Shown here piece by piece: positions 54,352 to 63,814 of a stretch of DNA of 64,000 bases. The DNA lies in the IMG/VR virus record IMGVR_UViG_3300020388_000011, positions 1 to 64,000 of that record, one strand, 5' to 3'. This DNA comes from a virus. Lineage: Duplodnaviria > Caudoviricetes. A program made the translations under genes and the position numbers. Positions within the stretch are counted from its first letter, which is position 1, and the number at the start of each line of letters is the position of its first letter. Below the pieces are notes generated by a model. The model did no database searches. It was not told where the DNA came from and saw nothing but the letters and a program-made list of their open reading frames with translations.

Positions 54352-54455
54352 CGTTCATCACACAGAAGGCTGTGTGACGCAAGTAGGATGACGCGGAACG
54401 GATTATCGTTCATCTTCTGCGAGAGTGGGAGACGCAAACGCCACCCGAAGGAACG
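54352..54455 (+). ncRNA. Tandem glutamine riboswitch (glnA/Downstream-peptide-type motif)
   Basis: Two units CGTTCAT-hairpin-GACGCAA...GGAACG (54352-54400, 54407-54455); P1 CGTTC/GAACG; upstream of a YRG peptide. Confidence 0.82.
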
Positions 54456-54491
54456 GGGTTTTTATTAACCTTATTTCTTAGGAGCAAACAA

Positions 54492-54626
54492 ATGCTAGCA
54501 GTATACCGTGGTGTCGCTTATGACACCGACCGTAACTTAACGAAAGAATCAGATTACAAAAAAGTAACTGAAACTTATCGTGGTATTGAGCACACCGAAA
54601 CCGTTAAGGTAGAGGTAGCAAAATGA
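54492..54626 (+). CDS. DUF4278-like YRG-repeat peptide (44 aa, not in ORF track)
   Basis: AGGAG RBS; MLAVYRGVAYD...TYRGIEH. Confidence 0.8.
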   Translation: MLAVYRGVAYDTDRNLTKESDYKKVTETYRGIEHTETVKVEVAK

Positions 54627-54727
54627 ATACCCTAGACATCATCCGTCAAAAAGAGCTAAAAGCAAGAAAGCTTCACGAAGCTCGGTTGCTTATGGCAAGA
54701 CTAAACAACAAAGCGAATATCGCTTGA
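54623..54727 (+). CDS. Small basic peptide (34 aa, not in ORF track)
   Basis: GAGG RBS, ATGA overlap; MNTLDIIRQKELKARKLHEARLLMARLNNKANIA. Confidence 0.65.
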   Translation: MNTLDIIRQKELKARKLHEARLLMARLNNKANIA

Positions 54728-54732
54728 TTTTG

Positions 54733-54765
54733 GGAGCCGCAAGGCTCCTTTTTTTATGCTATAAT
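54733..54765 (+). terminator. Terminator followed by extended -10
   Basis: GGAGCC-GCAA-GGCTCC, T run, TGCTATAAT. Confidence 0.8.
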
Positions 54766-54785
54766 ATCCTTGAATACATAATACT

Positions 54786-54977
54786 ATGGACCGAGAAAAG
54801 GTAAAGTTTCTGATACAATCTATTGAAGTTCTCATTGACGAACTTAAAGCAGAGGTTTACACCGACTCTGAGACCCATAAGGTTTCTGAGACTGCTTATA
54901 GCGACGAGGAGGAAGCAATTTCCACCGATAATCTAATCCAAACAATGTTCACCCAAGTGATTGACGATACACTATGA
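54786..54977 (+). CDS. Conserved cyanophage hypothetical protein
   Basis: MDREKVKFLI..IE.L.DELKAEVY.D. Confidence 0.7.
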   Translation: MDREKVKFLIQSIEVLIDELKAEVYTDSETHKVSETAYSDEEEAISTDNLIQTMFTQVIDDTL

Positions 54978-55726
54978 AACCAGTAAAAGCCGCAGACCTA
55001 CTTCGCCTTGATCCATATCAGAAGGTAGAGATGATCAGGTGTACGCCTAATCCACAACAACTTGTGTATATGGGTGGTAAAAATGATTACAGTGAACTTC
55101 CCATTGAAGACACCAATATCCCTCATGAGAAGGATGCTGGTGAGTGGGTAATCAATCAGCTTTTAGCAAACGAACGCGGTCATTGGGGACCACTAGAGCA
55201 CCCAGCAATCTCATTCAGTTGTTCTGGTTTCGTTCACAACGTAATCGTACAGGCACGTACTCACCGTGTCGGAGTGAGCTTTGACGTTCAGTCACAACGC
55301 TACACCTGCAAGCGCGTCCTTAAAGTAGCAGATGGTGAACTATTACCACAGAAGGTCTTCTATGTGCGTCCTCCTGGCTTCTACACCAACCGTAAAGGTA
55401 AGAAGTATGAATGGACCCCTGATGACTATGAGACCCAGCTAGGGCTCTGTCAGGCTGCCTCACAGCGCTTTGCTATACAGTTTGAGAATGGTGTATCAGA
55501 AGAGCATTCTAGGGACTACCTTCCCCAGAACATTCGTCAGAACTTCGTGGTTACATTCAGTCTCCGCGCATTACTTCACTTCCTTGATCTACGAGCCAAG
55601 CTTGACGCACAGCTAGAAATCCAGGCACTATGTGAAGCAATGGTTAAGCCAACAAAGGTATGGGTTCCCCAGATCTTTGAGTATTATGAAGAGAAGCGTC
55701 TCCACAGAGCGCGTCTTGCCCCCTAA
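54974..55726 (+). CDS. thyX: Flavin-dependent thymidylate synthase
   Basis: GHWGPLEH, QARTHR..SFDVQSQRY, LHFLDLR...AQLEI. Confidence 0.92.
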   Translation: MKPVKAADLLRLDPYQKVEMIRCTPNPQQLVYMGGKNDYSELPIEDTNIPHEKDAGEWVINQLLANERGHWGPLEHPAISFSCSGFVHNVIVQARTHRVGVSFDVQSQRYTCKRVLKVADGELLPQKVFYVRPPGFYTNRKGKKYEWTPDDYETQLGLCQAASQRFAIQFENGVSEEHSRDYLPQNIRQNFVVTFSLRALLHFLDLRAKLDAQLEIQALCEAMVKPTKVWVPQIFEYYEEKRLHRARLAP

Positions 55727-55755
55727 ATAACATTAAGACATGGAGTTTAAAATCT

Positions 55756-56001
55756 ATGGCGACATATCATGTAGTCCAAAAAGAGACTAAAGAAACCCAA
55801 GTAATTGAGTGTAGCGTACACGAAATTATGGATTGGTACGCGGAAAACCCCTTATGGGAACGCGATTGGTCTTATGGATGCGCAACTACCACATCGGAAG
55901 TTGGTGAATGGAAAGAGAAACTAGTTAACAGGAATCCAGGATGGAACGATGTTCTTGATCTGGCTTCTCGTGCTCCGGGGTCAAGGGTCAAAAAGATCTA
56001 G
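55756..56001 (+). CDS. Conserved cyanophage hypothetical protein
   Basis: MATY.V....T.E, W..ENP.W.RDWS, PGWNDVL...PGS. Confidence 0.75.
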   Translation: MATYHVVQKETKETQVIECSVHEIMDWYAENPLWERDWSYGCATTTSEVGEWKEKLVNRNPGWNDVLDLASRAPGSRVKKI

Positions 56002-56049
56002 GTGCCCCTTTTTTGTGCCTTTTTCAATGTTGTTACCTTTATTAAAAAA

Positions 56050-56838
56050 ATGCCTACAAGAAAGAATCGTAAGTCTGCTAACCCCATTGGGGTCGGTCTC
56101 ACCGCAAAGCAGATGAAGAGAAGAAAGCCTATTGATCAGAGCCTTTTAGCTAAAATTGATGCCATCACAGAAAATCAACAAATACTGTTTGATGAGTATG
56201 ATAAAGGACAGAACATTGTAGCTTATGGGTGCGCTGGAACAGGAAAAACTTTCGTTACTCTTTATAAAGCACTACAGGAAGTTCTAGATGAAAAAACTCC
56301 ATATGAAAAAGTTTATCTTGTCAGATCTTTGGTAGCAACTAGGGAAATTGGTTTCCTACCAGGAGACCACGATGATAAATCAGCACTATATCAAATTCCA
56401 TATAAGAATATGGTCAAATATATGTTTGATTTAGATCTACAGACTATTAATTCTACAGGTCAAACATCTCCATTCGAGATGCTTTATGGAAATTTGATGG
56501 CTCAAGAGACATTAAAGTTCTGGTCTACTTCATTCTTACGTGGAACTACACTTGATGGAGCAATAATCATTGTAGATGAGTTCCAAAACTTAAACGCACA
56601 CGAATTAGATTCTATTATGACTCGTGTTGGTGAAGATTCTAAAATTCATTTCTGTGGAGATGCTACGCAATCTGACCTAACAAAAGCTTCAGAACGCAGT
56701 GGTATTATGGACTTTATGTCTATCCTAGAGCGTATGCCTTCTGTTAGTAAGATTGAGTTTGGTTTAGATGATATTGTTCGTTCTGGTCTATGTAAGGAAT
56801 ATTTGGTAGCCAAACACGAATCTGGCATAGAAATATAA
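56050..56838 (+). CDS. phoH: PhoH-family ATPase
   Basis: GCAGTGKT, REIGFLPG, FLRGTT, IVDEFQN, CGDATQSDL, DIVRSG; start at ATG 56050. Confidence 0.95.
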   Translation: MPTRKNRKSANPIGVGLTAKQMKRRKPIDQSLLAKIDAITENQQILFDEYDKGQNIVAYGCAGTGKTFVTLYKALQEVLDEKTPYEKVYLVRSLVATREIGFLPGDHDDKSALYQIPYKNMVKYMFDLDLQTINSTGQTSPFEMLYGNLMAQETLKFWSTSFLRGTTLDGAIIIVDEFQNLNAHELDSIMTRVGEDSKIHFCGDATQSDLTKASERSGIMDFMSILERMPSVSKIEFGLDDIVRSGLCKEYLVAKHESGIEI

Positions 56839-56873
56839 TTTATGCTATAATAAGAGTATCTTATTATTGTTAG

Positions 56874-57554
56874 ATGCCTTTTACTCATAATCCAGTTGAG
56901 ATACCAAGCTTAACTAGAGAAACCATTGATGGAGTCAGATATTATACTGCTCCTAATTATGATGGTGAACTAGTTAAGCTTATTTCTATTACCTCTATTA
57001 CTTCTCATTGGAGTAGAGAAGGTATCATGAAGTGGAGAGCCCGTGTTGGTGATGAAGAAGCCAATCGTGTATCTAAACGAGCGACCACTAGGGGTACGGA
57101 TATGCACCTCTTAGCGGAACATTACTTACAGAATGAACCGTTGCCCAAAGCGAAGGTTCCTATATCACAGATCTTATTTAATACTGCAAAGCCAGCCCTT
57201 AATAAGATCGATAATATTATTGTCCAAGAACGAGCAATGTATAGCTTGCGTCTTGGCATTGCAGGAACACCTGATTGTGTCGGTGATTATGATGGAGAAC
57301 TTTCCATTATTGACTTTAAGACTTCTAAGTCTCCCAAGCCATTAAAGTGGGTTGAAGGATACTTTGTTCAAGCATCTGCGTATGCGTGTATGCTATATGA
57401 ACTAACAGGAGTCAAAGCTAAAAAACTTGTTATTATTATGGCTTGTGAAGATGGTGAGCTTAAAGTATATGAGGAAAAGGATGTATACAAGTGGGTTAAG
57501 AAACTTGATACATACATTCGCAAATTTGTAAACGACAAACTGGAAGTCTTATGA
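56874..57554 (+). CDS. PD-(D/E)XK exonuclease (Cas4/RecB-like)
   Basis: SITS, RGT.MH, AGTPDC, IIDFKTS, YFVQ..AYA. Confidence 0.88.
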   Translation: MPFTHNPVEIPSLTRETIDGVRYYTAPNYDGELVKLISITSITSHWSREGIMKWRARVGDEEANRVSKRATTRGTDMHLLAEHYLQNEPLPKAKVPISQILFNTAKPALNKIDNIIVQERAMYSLRLGIAGTPDCVGDYDGELSIIDFKTSKSPKPLKWVEGYFVQASAYACMLYELTGVKAKKLVIIMACEDGELKVYEEKDVYKWVKKLDTYIRKFVNDKLEVL

Positions 57555-57817
57555 GTATCAAAAATGAATTAGAAGAAGCCTTACAGCAAAAATTTCTAAC
57601 ACCGATTAAATTTTCTTATATTATTGAAAAAATTGTTCTGAATGAAAAAATAAATTACATAGAGGCAATTATTCACTATTGCGAAAAGGAGAATCTTGAG
57701 GTAGAATCAGTATCCAAGCTTATGACAAAGCCACTAAAAGAGAAACTTAAAGTTGATGCAACCAATTTAAACTTTATGAAAAATGTTGGTGCTAGCAAAG
57801 CTAAACTACCCATATAA
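57551..57817 (+). CDS. gp33: Late transcription coactivator gp33
   Basis: IE..V....NYIEAI..YCE...E.ESV.KL..KPLKEKLK.DA..LNF; synteny with gp59 and gp32. Confidence 0.88.
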   Translation: MSIKNELEEALQQKFLTPIKFSYIIEKIVLNEKINYIEAIIHYCEKENLEVESVSKLMTKPLKEKLKVDATNLNFMKNVGASKAKLPI

Positions 57818-57852
57818 CCTACAGAATGAATAGCAGACTACGCCGAGGAATT

Positions 57853-58443
57853 ATGTCACCGTATGACGTCTACACAACATACCTTGCAATGAAAAAGCAT
57901 TTTACAGATGCTAAATTTGATTTCTTTAGATACAACGGCAAGACAAGAGCCTCGGTAACTGCTTTCAATAAAAGAAGAGACAAATACTTCTTTGAACGTA
58001 TGAGTCGCAAACTATCAGACGATGAAGTCAAAATGTACTTCATCGCAAACTTTGTAGCCACCGAGAATCCTTCTGCGGTCTGGGTTGGTGAAATTATGCA
58101 GAGTGGTGAACGAAACTACACCGCACTAAGTAAGAAGTATCAAAGTCTTACATATACATTCAGTCAAGAGTGCTCTACATTATTTGACGAATACACATTA
58201 CCTCAACTATTTGATATAAGCAAGGGGCACCCACCAATACTAAAAAGATATTTGGGCGGAGACATATCAATCGAAACTTTAACAATACTGGATATAATTT
58301 TTGGTTTTTGTGCTAAAATAGACACAAAGTTAACTGATCCTGTTTGGGAAACTGTGAGCTTTAAAGTGAAAAAGTATCGTCCGTTTATTAACATTGACAT
58401 TACTAAATGCAAAATTATTTTGAGAAACCTTATCAATGCCTGA
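57853..58443 (+). CDS. gp59: Helicase loader gp59
   Basis: Y..YLAMKKHFT...DFF.Y.GK, F.KRRDKYFF, HPPILK, ISIETL, KKYRPF. Confidence 0.9.
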   Translation: MSPYDVYTTYLAMKKHFTDAKFDFFRYNGKTRASVTAFNKRRDKYFFERMSRKLSDDEVKMYFIANFVATENPSAVWVGEIMQSGERNYTALSKKYQSLTYTFSQECSTLFDEYTLPQLFDISKGHPPILKRYLGGDISIETLTILDIIFGFCAKIDTKLTDPVWETVSFKVKKYRPFINIDITKCKIILRNLINA

Positions 58444-58843
58444 AGACAATTTTTTTGAATCGGAAATAGTAGCGGATTCTATTAGGGAGATACTTAAGTT
58501 GCAAGACTCCGTATTGGTTTTTGCTCAGTATAGTAATGGTGCTACTATCCAAGAGCAGCAAAATAATCTTGACATTCTCCGTAAGCTAATGTCTAAACAG
58601 AGAAATATGTGCTTTCGTTGTCAATTAACAGATTCTCCAGACGCTAAAGCTTTATTGAATGAAATATTAAAACATTTTGAGGAGTATGGTCATACTGTTG
58701 ATAAAGAGAACCCAATGGGAGTGTTTGATGAAATTGCCTCTAATCTAGATGAAATTGAATTTGAACTAGATTATTTTAGTAAGTATGGGCGATATCCAGA
58801 TGATGAAGAGCCTGGTGGAGAAACACCGCCCACTATGTTCTAA
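58436..58843 (+). CDS. Conserved cyanophage protein (DUF1825-like)
   Basis: FFESEIV...I..LQ, L..KQ.....R..L.D.PDA; position between gp59 and gp32. Confidence 0.65.
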   Translation: MPEDNFFESEIVADSIREILKLQDSVLVFAQYSNGATIQEQQNNLDILRKLMSKQRNMCFRCQLTDSPDAKALLNEILKHFEEYGHTVDKENPMGVFDEIASNLDEIEFELDYFSKYGRYPDDEEPGGETPPTMF

Positions 58844-58865
58844 TCAACAAAGTGTCTAAATGGGC

Positions 58866-58894
58866 TTGGCATCCCACCTATTATGCTCTATAAT
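58866..58894 (+). promoter_or_regulatory. Sigma70-type promoter for gp32
   Basis: TTGGCA-17 nt-TATAAT. Confidence 0.6.
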
Positions 58895-58935
58895 AAACAA
58901 GTTCAGCCAGTTATCCAATCAATCCGAACAAATCT

Positions 58936-59877
58936 ATGTCATTCAAAGATCTCAAGAAGCAATCATCTCTCGGCGCACTTACTCAGAAGCTCGTCAAGGA
59001 AGTAGAGAAGATGAATACAGCTGGCTCAAGCGGTGATGACCGCTACTGGAAGCTAGAATGTGATAAAGCCCAAAACGGTTATGCTGTGATCCGTTTCCTT
59101 CCACAGCCCGAAGGTGAAGATATGCCTTTCGTCAAGATGTACTCCCACGCCTTCCAAGGTAAAGGTGGCTGGTACATTGAGAACAGCTTGACTACACTAG
59201 GTCAGAAAGACCCATTGTCTGAGTTCAACTCTGAGCTTTGGAACAACGGTACTGATGCTGGTAAAGAGCAAGCACGTAAGCAAAAGCGTAAGCTCACATA
59301 TATTGCTAACATTATGGTCGTCAAAGACCCAGCAAACCCCCAGAACGAAGGTGGAGTATTCCTCTACAAGTTTGGTAAGAAAATCTTTGATAAGCTTATG
59401 TCTGCTATGCAGCCTGAGTTTGAAGATGAAGAAGCAATCAACCCATTTGACTTCTGGGAAGGCGCTAACTTCAAGCTCAAGGCTAAGAACGTTGCTGGTT
59501 ACCGCAACTATGACTCCTCTGAGTTTGCTAAGGTAGAGCCCCTCCTAGGAGGCGATGATGAAGCACTTGAAGGACTATACAATAAGTTGAACTCACTATC
59601 TGAGCTTGTTGCTCCAGATCAGTTCAAAGAGTATGAAGTTCTTAAGAAGCGTCTTAATCAAGTCCTAGGCTTAGGTGCTCCTAGCAGCCGTCCAGCTCCA
59701 CAAGAGGATTCTGGTGACGAAGACATTGAAGAGCAGTTAAGGTCCGCTAGACCTGCCTTTAAGAAGGAAGTAGCTGCTTATTCCGAACCCGAGCTACCAT
59801 CAACAGCAACGCCAGAGCCTGCCTCTAGCGAAGACGATGATGCCCTTAGCTGGTTCCAAAGCCTAGGGGAAGAGTGA
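58936..59877 (+). CDS. gp32: Single-stranded DNA-binding protein gp32
   Basis: GYAVIRFLP, HAFQG.GGWYIENSLTT, KFGKKIFDK, PFDFWEGANFKLK, acidic C-tail. Confidence 0.96.
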   Translation: MSFKDLKKQSSLGALTQKLVKEVEKMNTAGSSGDDRYWKLECDKAQNGYAVIRFLPQPEGEDMPFVKMYSHAFQGKGGWYIENSLTTLGQKDPLSEFNSELWNNGTDAGKEQARKQKRKLTYIANIMVVKDPANPQNEGGVFLYKFGKKIFDKLMSAMQPEFEDEEAINPFDFWEGANFKLKAKNVAGYRNYDSSEFAKVEPLLGGDDEALEGLYNKLNSLSELVAPDQFKEYEVLKKRLNQVLGLGAPSSRPAPQEDSGDEDIEEQLRSARPAFKKEVAAYSEPELPSTATPEPASSEDDDALSWFQSLGEE

Positions 59878-60309
59878 TTACACTCCGAGTTCTTTCTCGG
59901 TCATAATTTTAAATTCCCAACCTTGATCTAAACAGAATTCTCTAGCAGCATTCCATTTAGCCTGGTTCTGAGAATACATAGCCTCTGCAATAAGAACGTT
60001 CTTTGTACGACGTTTGTATTGTGGGGGCTTTGTTTCTCTTAGGGGTTTTACTTCAATCAGTATCTTTTTTAAGTTGCCTTGTTTGTCTATGGATTCAATG
60101 TAGAAGTCTGGATAATACCTGGCACGTCTTTTCTTTACTGGATTATAATATGGTATATTAATTTCCTCTGATGCCCAACGCTTTATAGCCTCTTTGGTGT
60201 CACAATATACGCAAAACTTTCTTTCCCATAGGGATCTATATATAATTTGATTTGGATTGCCAATATACTTTTTTGGGTTTTGTGGTTTATAGATTCCTTT
60301 ATAGGACAT
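59878..60309 (-). CDS. gp4: Head completion nuclease gp4
   Basis: YKG.YKP.NP.KY.G, YRSLWER, WASEE, YYPDF, IEVKP, NQAKW.AA; start at ATG 60309. Confidence 0.9.
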   Translation of the reverse strand: MSYKGIYKPQNPKKYIGNPNQIIYRSLWERKFCVYCDTKEAIKRWASEEINIPYYNPVKKRRARYYPDFYIESIDKQGNLKKILIEVKPLRETKPPQYKRRTKNVLIAEAMYSQNQAKWNAAREFCLDQGWEFKIMTEKELGV

Positions 60310-60340
60310 AAATAGAGTAGGTAGTTTATCAGTATTTAGC

Positions 60341-61102
60341 GTGCCTAGACAGCTAAACATAGAAGATGTCAAACCCCTGATAGGTAATTTGTCAAGATCA
60401 AATTACTATCAAGTACAGTTTGGTGGGTTATCCCCAAGACTCAGGGGATATCTTGGGTCTCGTGGAGTAGATAGTGCATTTATATCCGAAGATTCTGGTT
60501 TGTTGTGCTACAGCGCTCAACTTCCTGGTTCATCTTTGGCAGGAACTGAGTCTACTAATTTTACGGGAATTACAGAGACAATGGCGCATAGAAGGGTATT
60601 TACATCCCTTTCATTGGAATTTTATTGTGACAGTAACTACAGGTCTTTAAAATTTTTAGAGCACTGGATGGAATATGTTGCTAGTGGAAACGGATTCCTA
60701 GACTATGCTGATAGAAACTATACATATAGGATGAATTATCCAAATGATCCTGTCAGTGGATACAAATGTGATTCCACAAAAATCTATAAGTTTGAATCTG
60801 ATGTTCAAAGAGTGATGGAATATTCATTCCTTGGGCTATTTCCAATCAATCTATCATCAACTCCAGTTAGGTATGGTCCTACCAGTGAGCTAACCAGAGT
60901 TACTTGTGAGTTTAGATATGATAGATATATTGCAGGCTCTATCCTATCATATGATACGGTTAGAGGATTTGGAAATAATTTAGAATCAGGTCTGACTAAT
61001 GCATTCTCTGATTTAAATTTCAATGGATTTGGCAACACACTTAACACAATTAACCGAATAGCTGGACCTGTTTCAGATATTTTAAACTTATTCACCAACT
61101 AA
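60341..61102 (+). CDS. Tail tube-like baseplate protein (gp54/gp19 fold)
   Basis: LLC.SA.LPG, FYCD..Y, W.EY, Y.F..LFP.N.SS.PV.Y, F.YDRY; divergent from gp4. Confidence 0.7.
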   Translation: MPRQLNIEDVKPLIGNLSRSNYYQVQFGGLSPRLRGYLGSRGVDSAFISEDSGLLCYSAQLPGSSLAGTESTNFTGITETMAHRRVFTSLSLEFYCDSNYRSLKFLEHWMEYVASGNGFLDYADRNYTYRMNYPNDPVSGYKCDSTKIYKFESDVQRVMEYSFLGLFPINLSSTPVRYGPTSELTRVTCEFRYDRYIAGSILSYDTVRGFGNNLESGLTNAFSDLNFNGFGNTLNTINRIAGPVSDILNLFTN

Positions 61103-61123
61103 ATATAAAAAAGCTGAAGAACT

Positions 61124-62047
61124 ATGGCATTAAGTAAAACACTTCAGTATCCCACCAATATTGCTTCGGGCAATAATGATTATTTTATGGTGGGTGTTTT
61201 TAATTATGAACCACCTAATAGTGGGGAGCAGAATAATGGGAGAAGGACTCTTTCCCAAATTTTTGCTGGTGGAGGAAGTAAAGGTACTAGAAATTTAAAA
61301 AAATCATTATCAAATATTATTTTGCCAATGCCTGATAATATTTCAGACTCAAATGCTGTTACTTGGGATACTGATACTTTAAATTCCCTTCAACTTGCAG
61401 GTGTAAAAGCTTTAGATGATATTTTAACTAGCGTAAAAAAGAATAACGCAGATAAGAAGCGGCAACTAACAGGTGCGGTTGATACGTTCATTAATGGTGC
61501 TGGGGCAGCAGCTCTAGATCCTGCAGTACGTGAAGCTGTTAAAAAGGCATTAATTGGTGAGGCAGTTAATATTTTTGGTGGTAATATTGATTCACAGTCT
61601 TTGGTTAGTAGGACTACTGGGCAGGTATTAAATCCAAACCTAGAGCTCTTATTTAAAGGTGTTATCTTGAGAGAATTTAATTATTCATTTACTCTGACAC
61701 CAAGAGACGCTAGCGAATCGAATGAGATTCGGCAAATTATTTCTACCTTAAAACAGTCTATGGCTGCCAAAAGTACTGCTTCTAGTGGGGGTGGTAGAGG
61801 TATATTTATCAAAGCACCAGATGTTTTTCAGCCTGTTTTTATGCAAGGTCCTAGAGCACATCCGTTTTTATATTCTATAAAACAGTCTGCTCTAGTTGGG
61901 ATGAATGTTAATTATGTTGGAACGGGATCATATGCTACTTATAGTGATGGCACACCAGTAAAAATGCAAATGCAACTAAGATTTAGAGAGTTGAGTCCTG
62001 TATATAATGAAGATTATAGATCTATTGATAGTGGAGTTGGATTCTAA
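61124..62047 (+). CDS. gp48: Baseplate tail-tube cap gp48
   Basis: IILPMP..I.D.N.V.W, NPNLELLF.G..LR.F, PR...E, Y.TY.DG.PV, F.EL.P. Confidence 0.85.
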   Translation: MALSKTLQYPTNIASGNNDYFMVGVFNYEPPNSGEQNNGRRTLSQIFAGGGSKGTRNLKKSLSNIILPMPDNISDSNAVTWDTDTLNSLQLAGVKALDDILTSVKKNNADKKRQLTGAVDTFINGAGAAALDPAVREAVKKALIGEAVNIFGGNIDSQSLVSRTTGQVLNPNLELLFKGVILREFNYSFTLTPRDASESNEIRQIISTLKQSMAAKSTASSGGGRGIFIKAPDVFQPVFMQGPRAHPFLYSIKQSALVGMNVNYVGTGSYATYSDGTPVKMQMQLRFRELSPVYNEDYRSIDSGVGF

Positions 62048-62694
62048 TGTCATATTTTAGACAGTTACCAAATATTGAGTATCAAAACTTTTTAACTTCT
62101 AGTACTGGATCGCAGGATTACTTATTACTGAAAAATATTTTTCTCAGGGGTAAGTTAAGAGACGACCTGCAGAGTAATTTTACTGTTTTTCAGAAATATA
62201 ATATTCGTGGAGATGAGAGACCAGATCAAATAGCATATAATGTATATGGGGCTTCTGAATATGACTGGGTTGTTTTAGTGACAGCCAATATCATAAATTA
62301 TCAAAACGATTATCCTATTACCGTTCAGCAACTCTATGATTATGTTATTGATAAGTACGGTACTGCCGCAAATAATATTAATCACTATGTGAGTACAGAG
62401 GTTAGGGATAGTAGTGGGAGATTGATTTACCCTGCGGGAGTTGTTGTTGCTCCTAATTTTACAATACAAAATCCAGACAATCCCTTTCAAACAATTTCAC
62501 CTATAGTGGGTATTACAAATTTTGAGTATGAAACTAATAAAAACGATAAGAAGCGAGAAATTTTTATATTAAGACCATCTTACTTAAATCAATTCCTCAA
62601 CGATATGCGAGACATTTCCAAGTATGGATTTAACTCCGAATATGTAAATGCAGATACCATTAGGGCAGCCAATACTAAAAATACGAGTCCCTGA
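62047..62694 (+). CDS. gp53: Baseplate wedge protein gp53
   Basis: YFRQLP, KNIF.R, ERPDQIA...YG...YDWVVL, NFEYE...ND.KR.I..L.P.YL. Confidence 0.88.
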   Translation: MSYFRQLPNIEYQNFLTSSTGSQDYLLLKNIFLRGKLRDDLQSNFTVFQKYNIRGDERPDQIAYNVYGASEYDWVVLVTANIINYQNDYPITVQQLYDYVIDKYGTAANNINHYVSTEVRDSSGRLIYPAGVVVAPNFTIQNPDNPFQTISPIVGITNFEYETNKNDKKREIFILRPSYLNQFLNDMRDISKYGFNSEYVNADTIRAANTKNTSP

Positions 62695-63065
62695 TGGCTA
62701 AAAAGAAGAAAAAATCTCCTGATAGGATTCGCCCATTATTGGATGAAATAGATGGTACGGAATATGCTGAAGATATAATGGATGATTTAATTCCATTATT
62801 GAGTGATACTCAAACAAATATGCCTATACCAGGAAAAGTATATGTATATGTTTATTTTGCCTTTACTCCGAACATATTAAGTGATAGGTACCCAATCGTT
62901 CAAATTACGGGGGTTTATGATTGGGGTTGGTCAGGTGTAAATCTTCATATAGGAAAACCGAGGAATTATAATTTTAACGGTAATACAACTCCATTCTATA
63001 TGCTTAAGCCAATGGAAGTTCAATCTGCTTTAGCTCTACCTTTGATGAGATTATATCAAAATTAA
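62694..63065 (+). CDS. gp2-like DNA end protector homologue
   Basis: PGK.Y.Y.Y...TP....D.YP.V......WG..G.NLH pattern. Confidence 0.55.
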   Translation: MAKKKKKSPDRIRPLLDEIDGTEYAEDIMDDLIPLLSDTQTNMPIPGKVYVYVYFAFTPNILSDRYPIVQITGVYDWGWSGVNLHIGKPRNYNFNGNTTPFYMLKPMEVQSALALPLMRLYQN

Positions 63066-63101
63066 CCTCCTAAATAACTATAGCATTCCTTTTACTATAT
63101 T

Positions 63102-63812
63102 ATGGCTCTTCCAAAGATCGCCAAGGTGACCCATGAAGCCATTGTGCCTTCTACGGGTAATAAAATTAAGTTCCGTCCTTTCCTTGTTAAGGAAGAAAAA
63201 GTTCTTATTTTAGCTCGTGAGTCTAATGATCAAGCTGAAATGGTTAGGGGAATTAAAGATGTTATTGAGGCTTGTGTACTTACTAAAGGATTTTCTACAG
63301 AAAATCTAGCAACTTTTGACATTGAATACTTATTCCTATCTATCCGTGGCAAGTCTATTGGAGAAGATGTTGAAGTTATTATTACTTGTCCAGATGATGG
63401 TGTTACTCAAGTAACCCAGACAATTTACTTGGATGAGGTCAAAGTTGTTTTTGATGATGAGCATTCAGACAAAGTTAAAATTGATGATACGTACTCTATC
63501 CAGATGAAGTATCCTAATATTGAAACTGTTATGGGTGCAGATCAAGAAGACATCAGTATTACGGATAGCCTGGAACTAATCGCATCCTGCATTAGTATGA
63601 TTTTCTCTGAAGAAGAGTCCTGGGCAGCAACCGAATCATCAAAGGAAGAGTTGATTGAGTGGATAGAAGATTTAGAGCCAAAGCAGTTTGAAGGAATTGA
63701 AAAGTTCTTTACAACAATGCCCAAACTAAGTCATACCATTCAGGTTACTAATCCAGAAACTAAGGTGACTAGTGATGTTGTACTTGAGGGGCTAGGATCT
63801 TTTTTCGCATAA
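63102..63812 (+). CDS. gp26: Baseplate hub/tail assembly protein gp26
   Basis: MALPKI, FRPFLVKEEK.L, FDIEYLFL.IRGKS.GE, FF.TMPKL, LEGL.SFF. Confidence 0.88.
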   Translation: MALPKIAKVTHEAIVPSTGNKIKFRPFLVKEEKVLILARESNDQAEMVRGIKDVIEACVLTKGFSTENLATFDIEYLFLSIRGKSIGEDVEVIITCPDDGVTQVTQTIYLDEVKVVFDDEHSDKVKIDDTYSIQMKYPNIETVMGADQEDISITDSLELIASCISMIFSEEESWAATESSKEELIEWIEDLEPKQFEGIEKFFTTMPKLSHTIQVTNPETKVTSDVVLEGLGSFFA

Positions 63813-63814
63813 GT

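Noticed and set aside
55990-56050. Pho box or extended GTG start for phoH
   Set aside because: No clear tandem Pho repeat; the basic MPTRKNRK start at 56050 fits the family better
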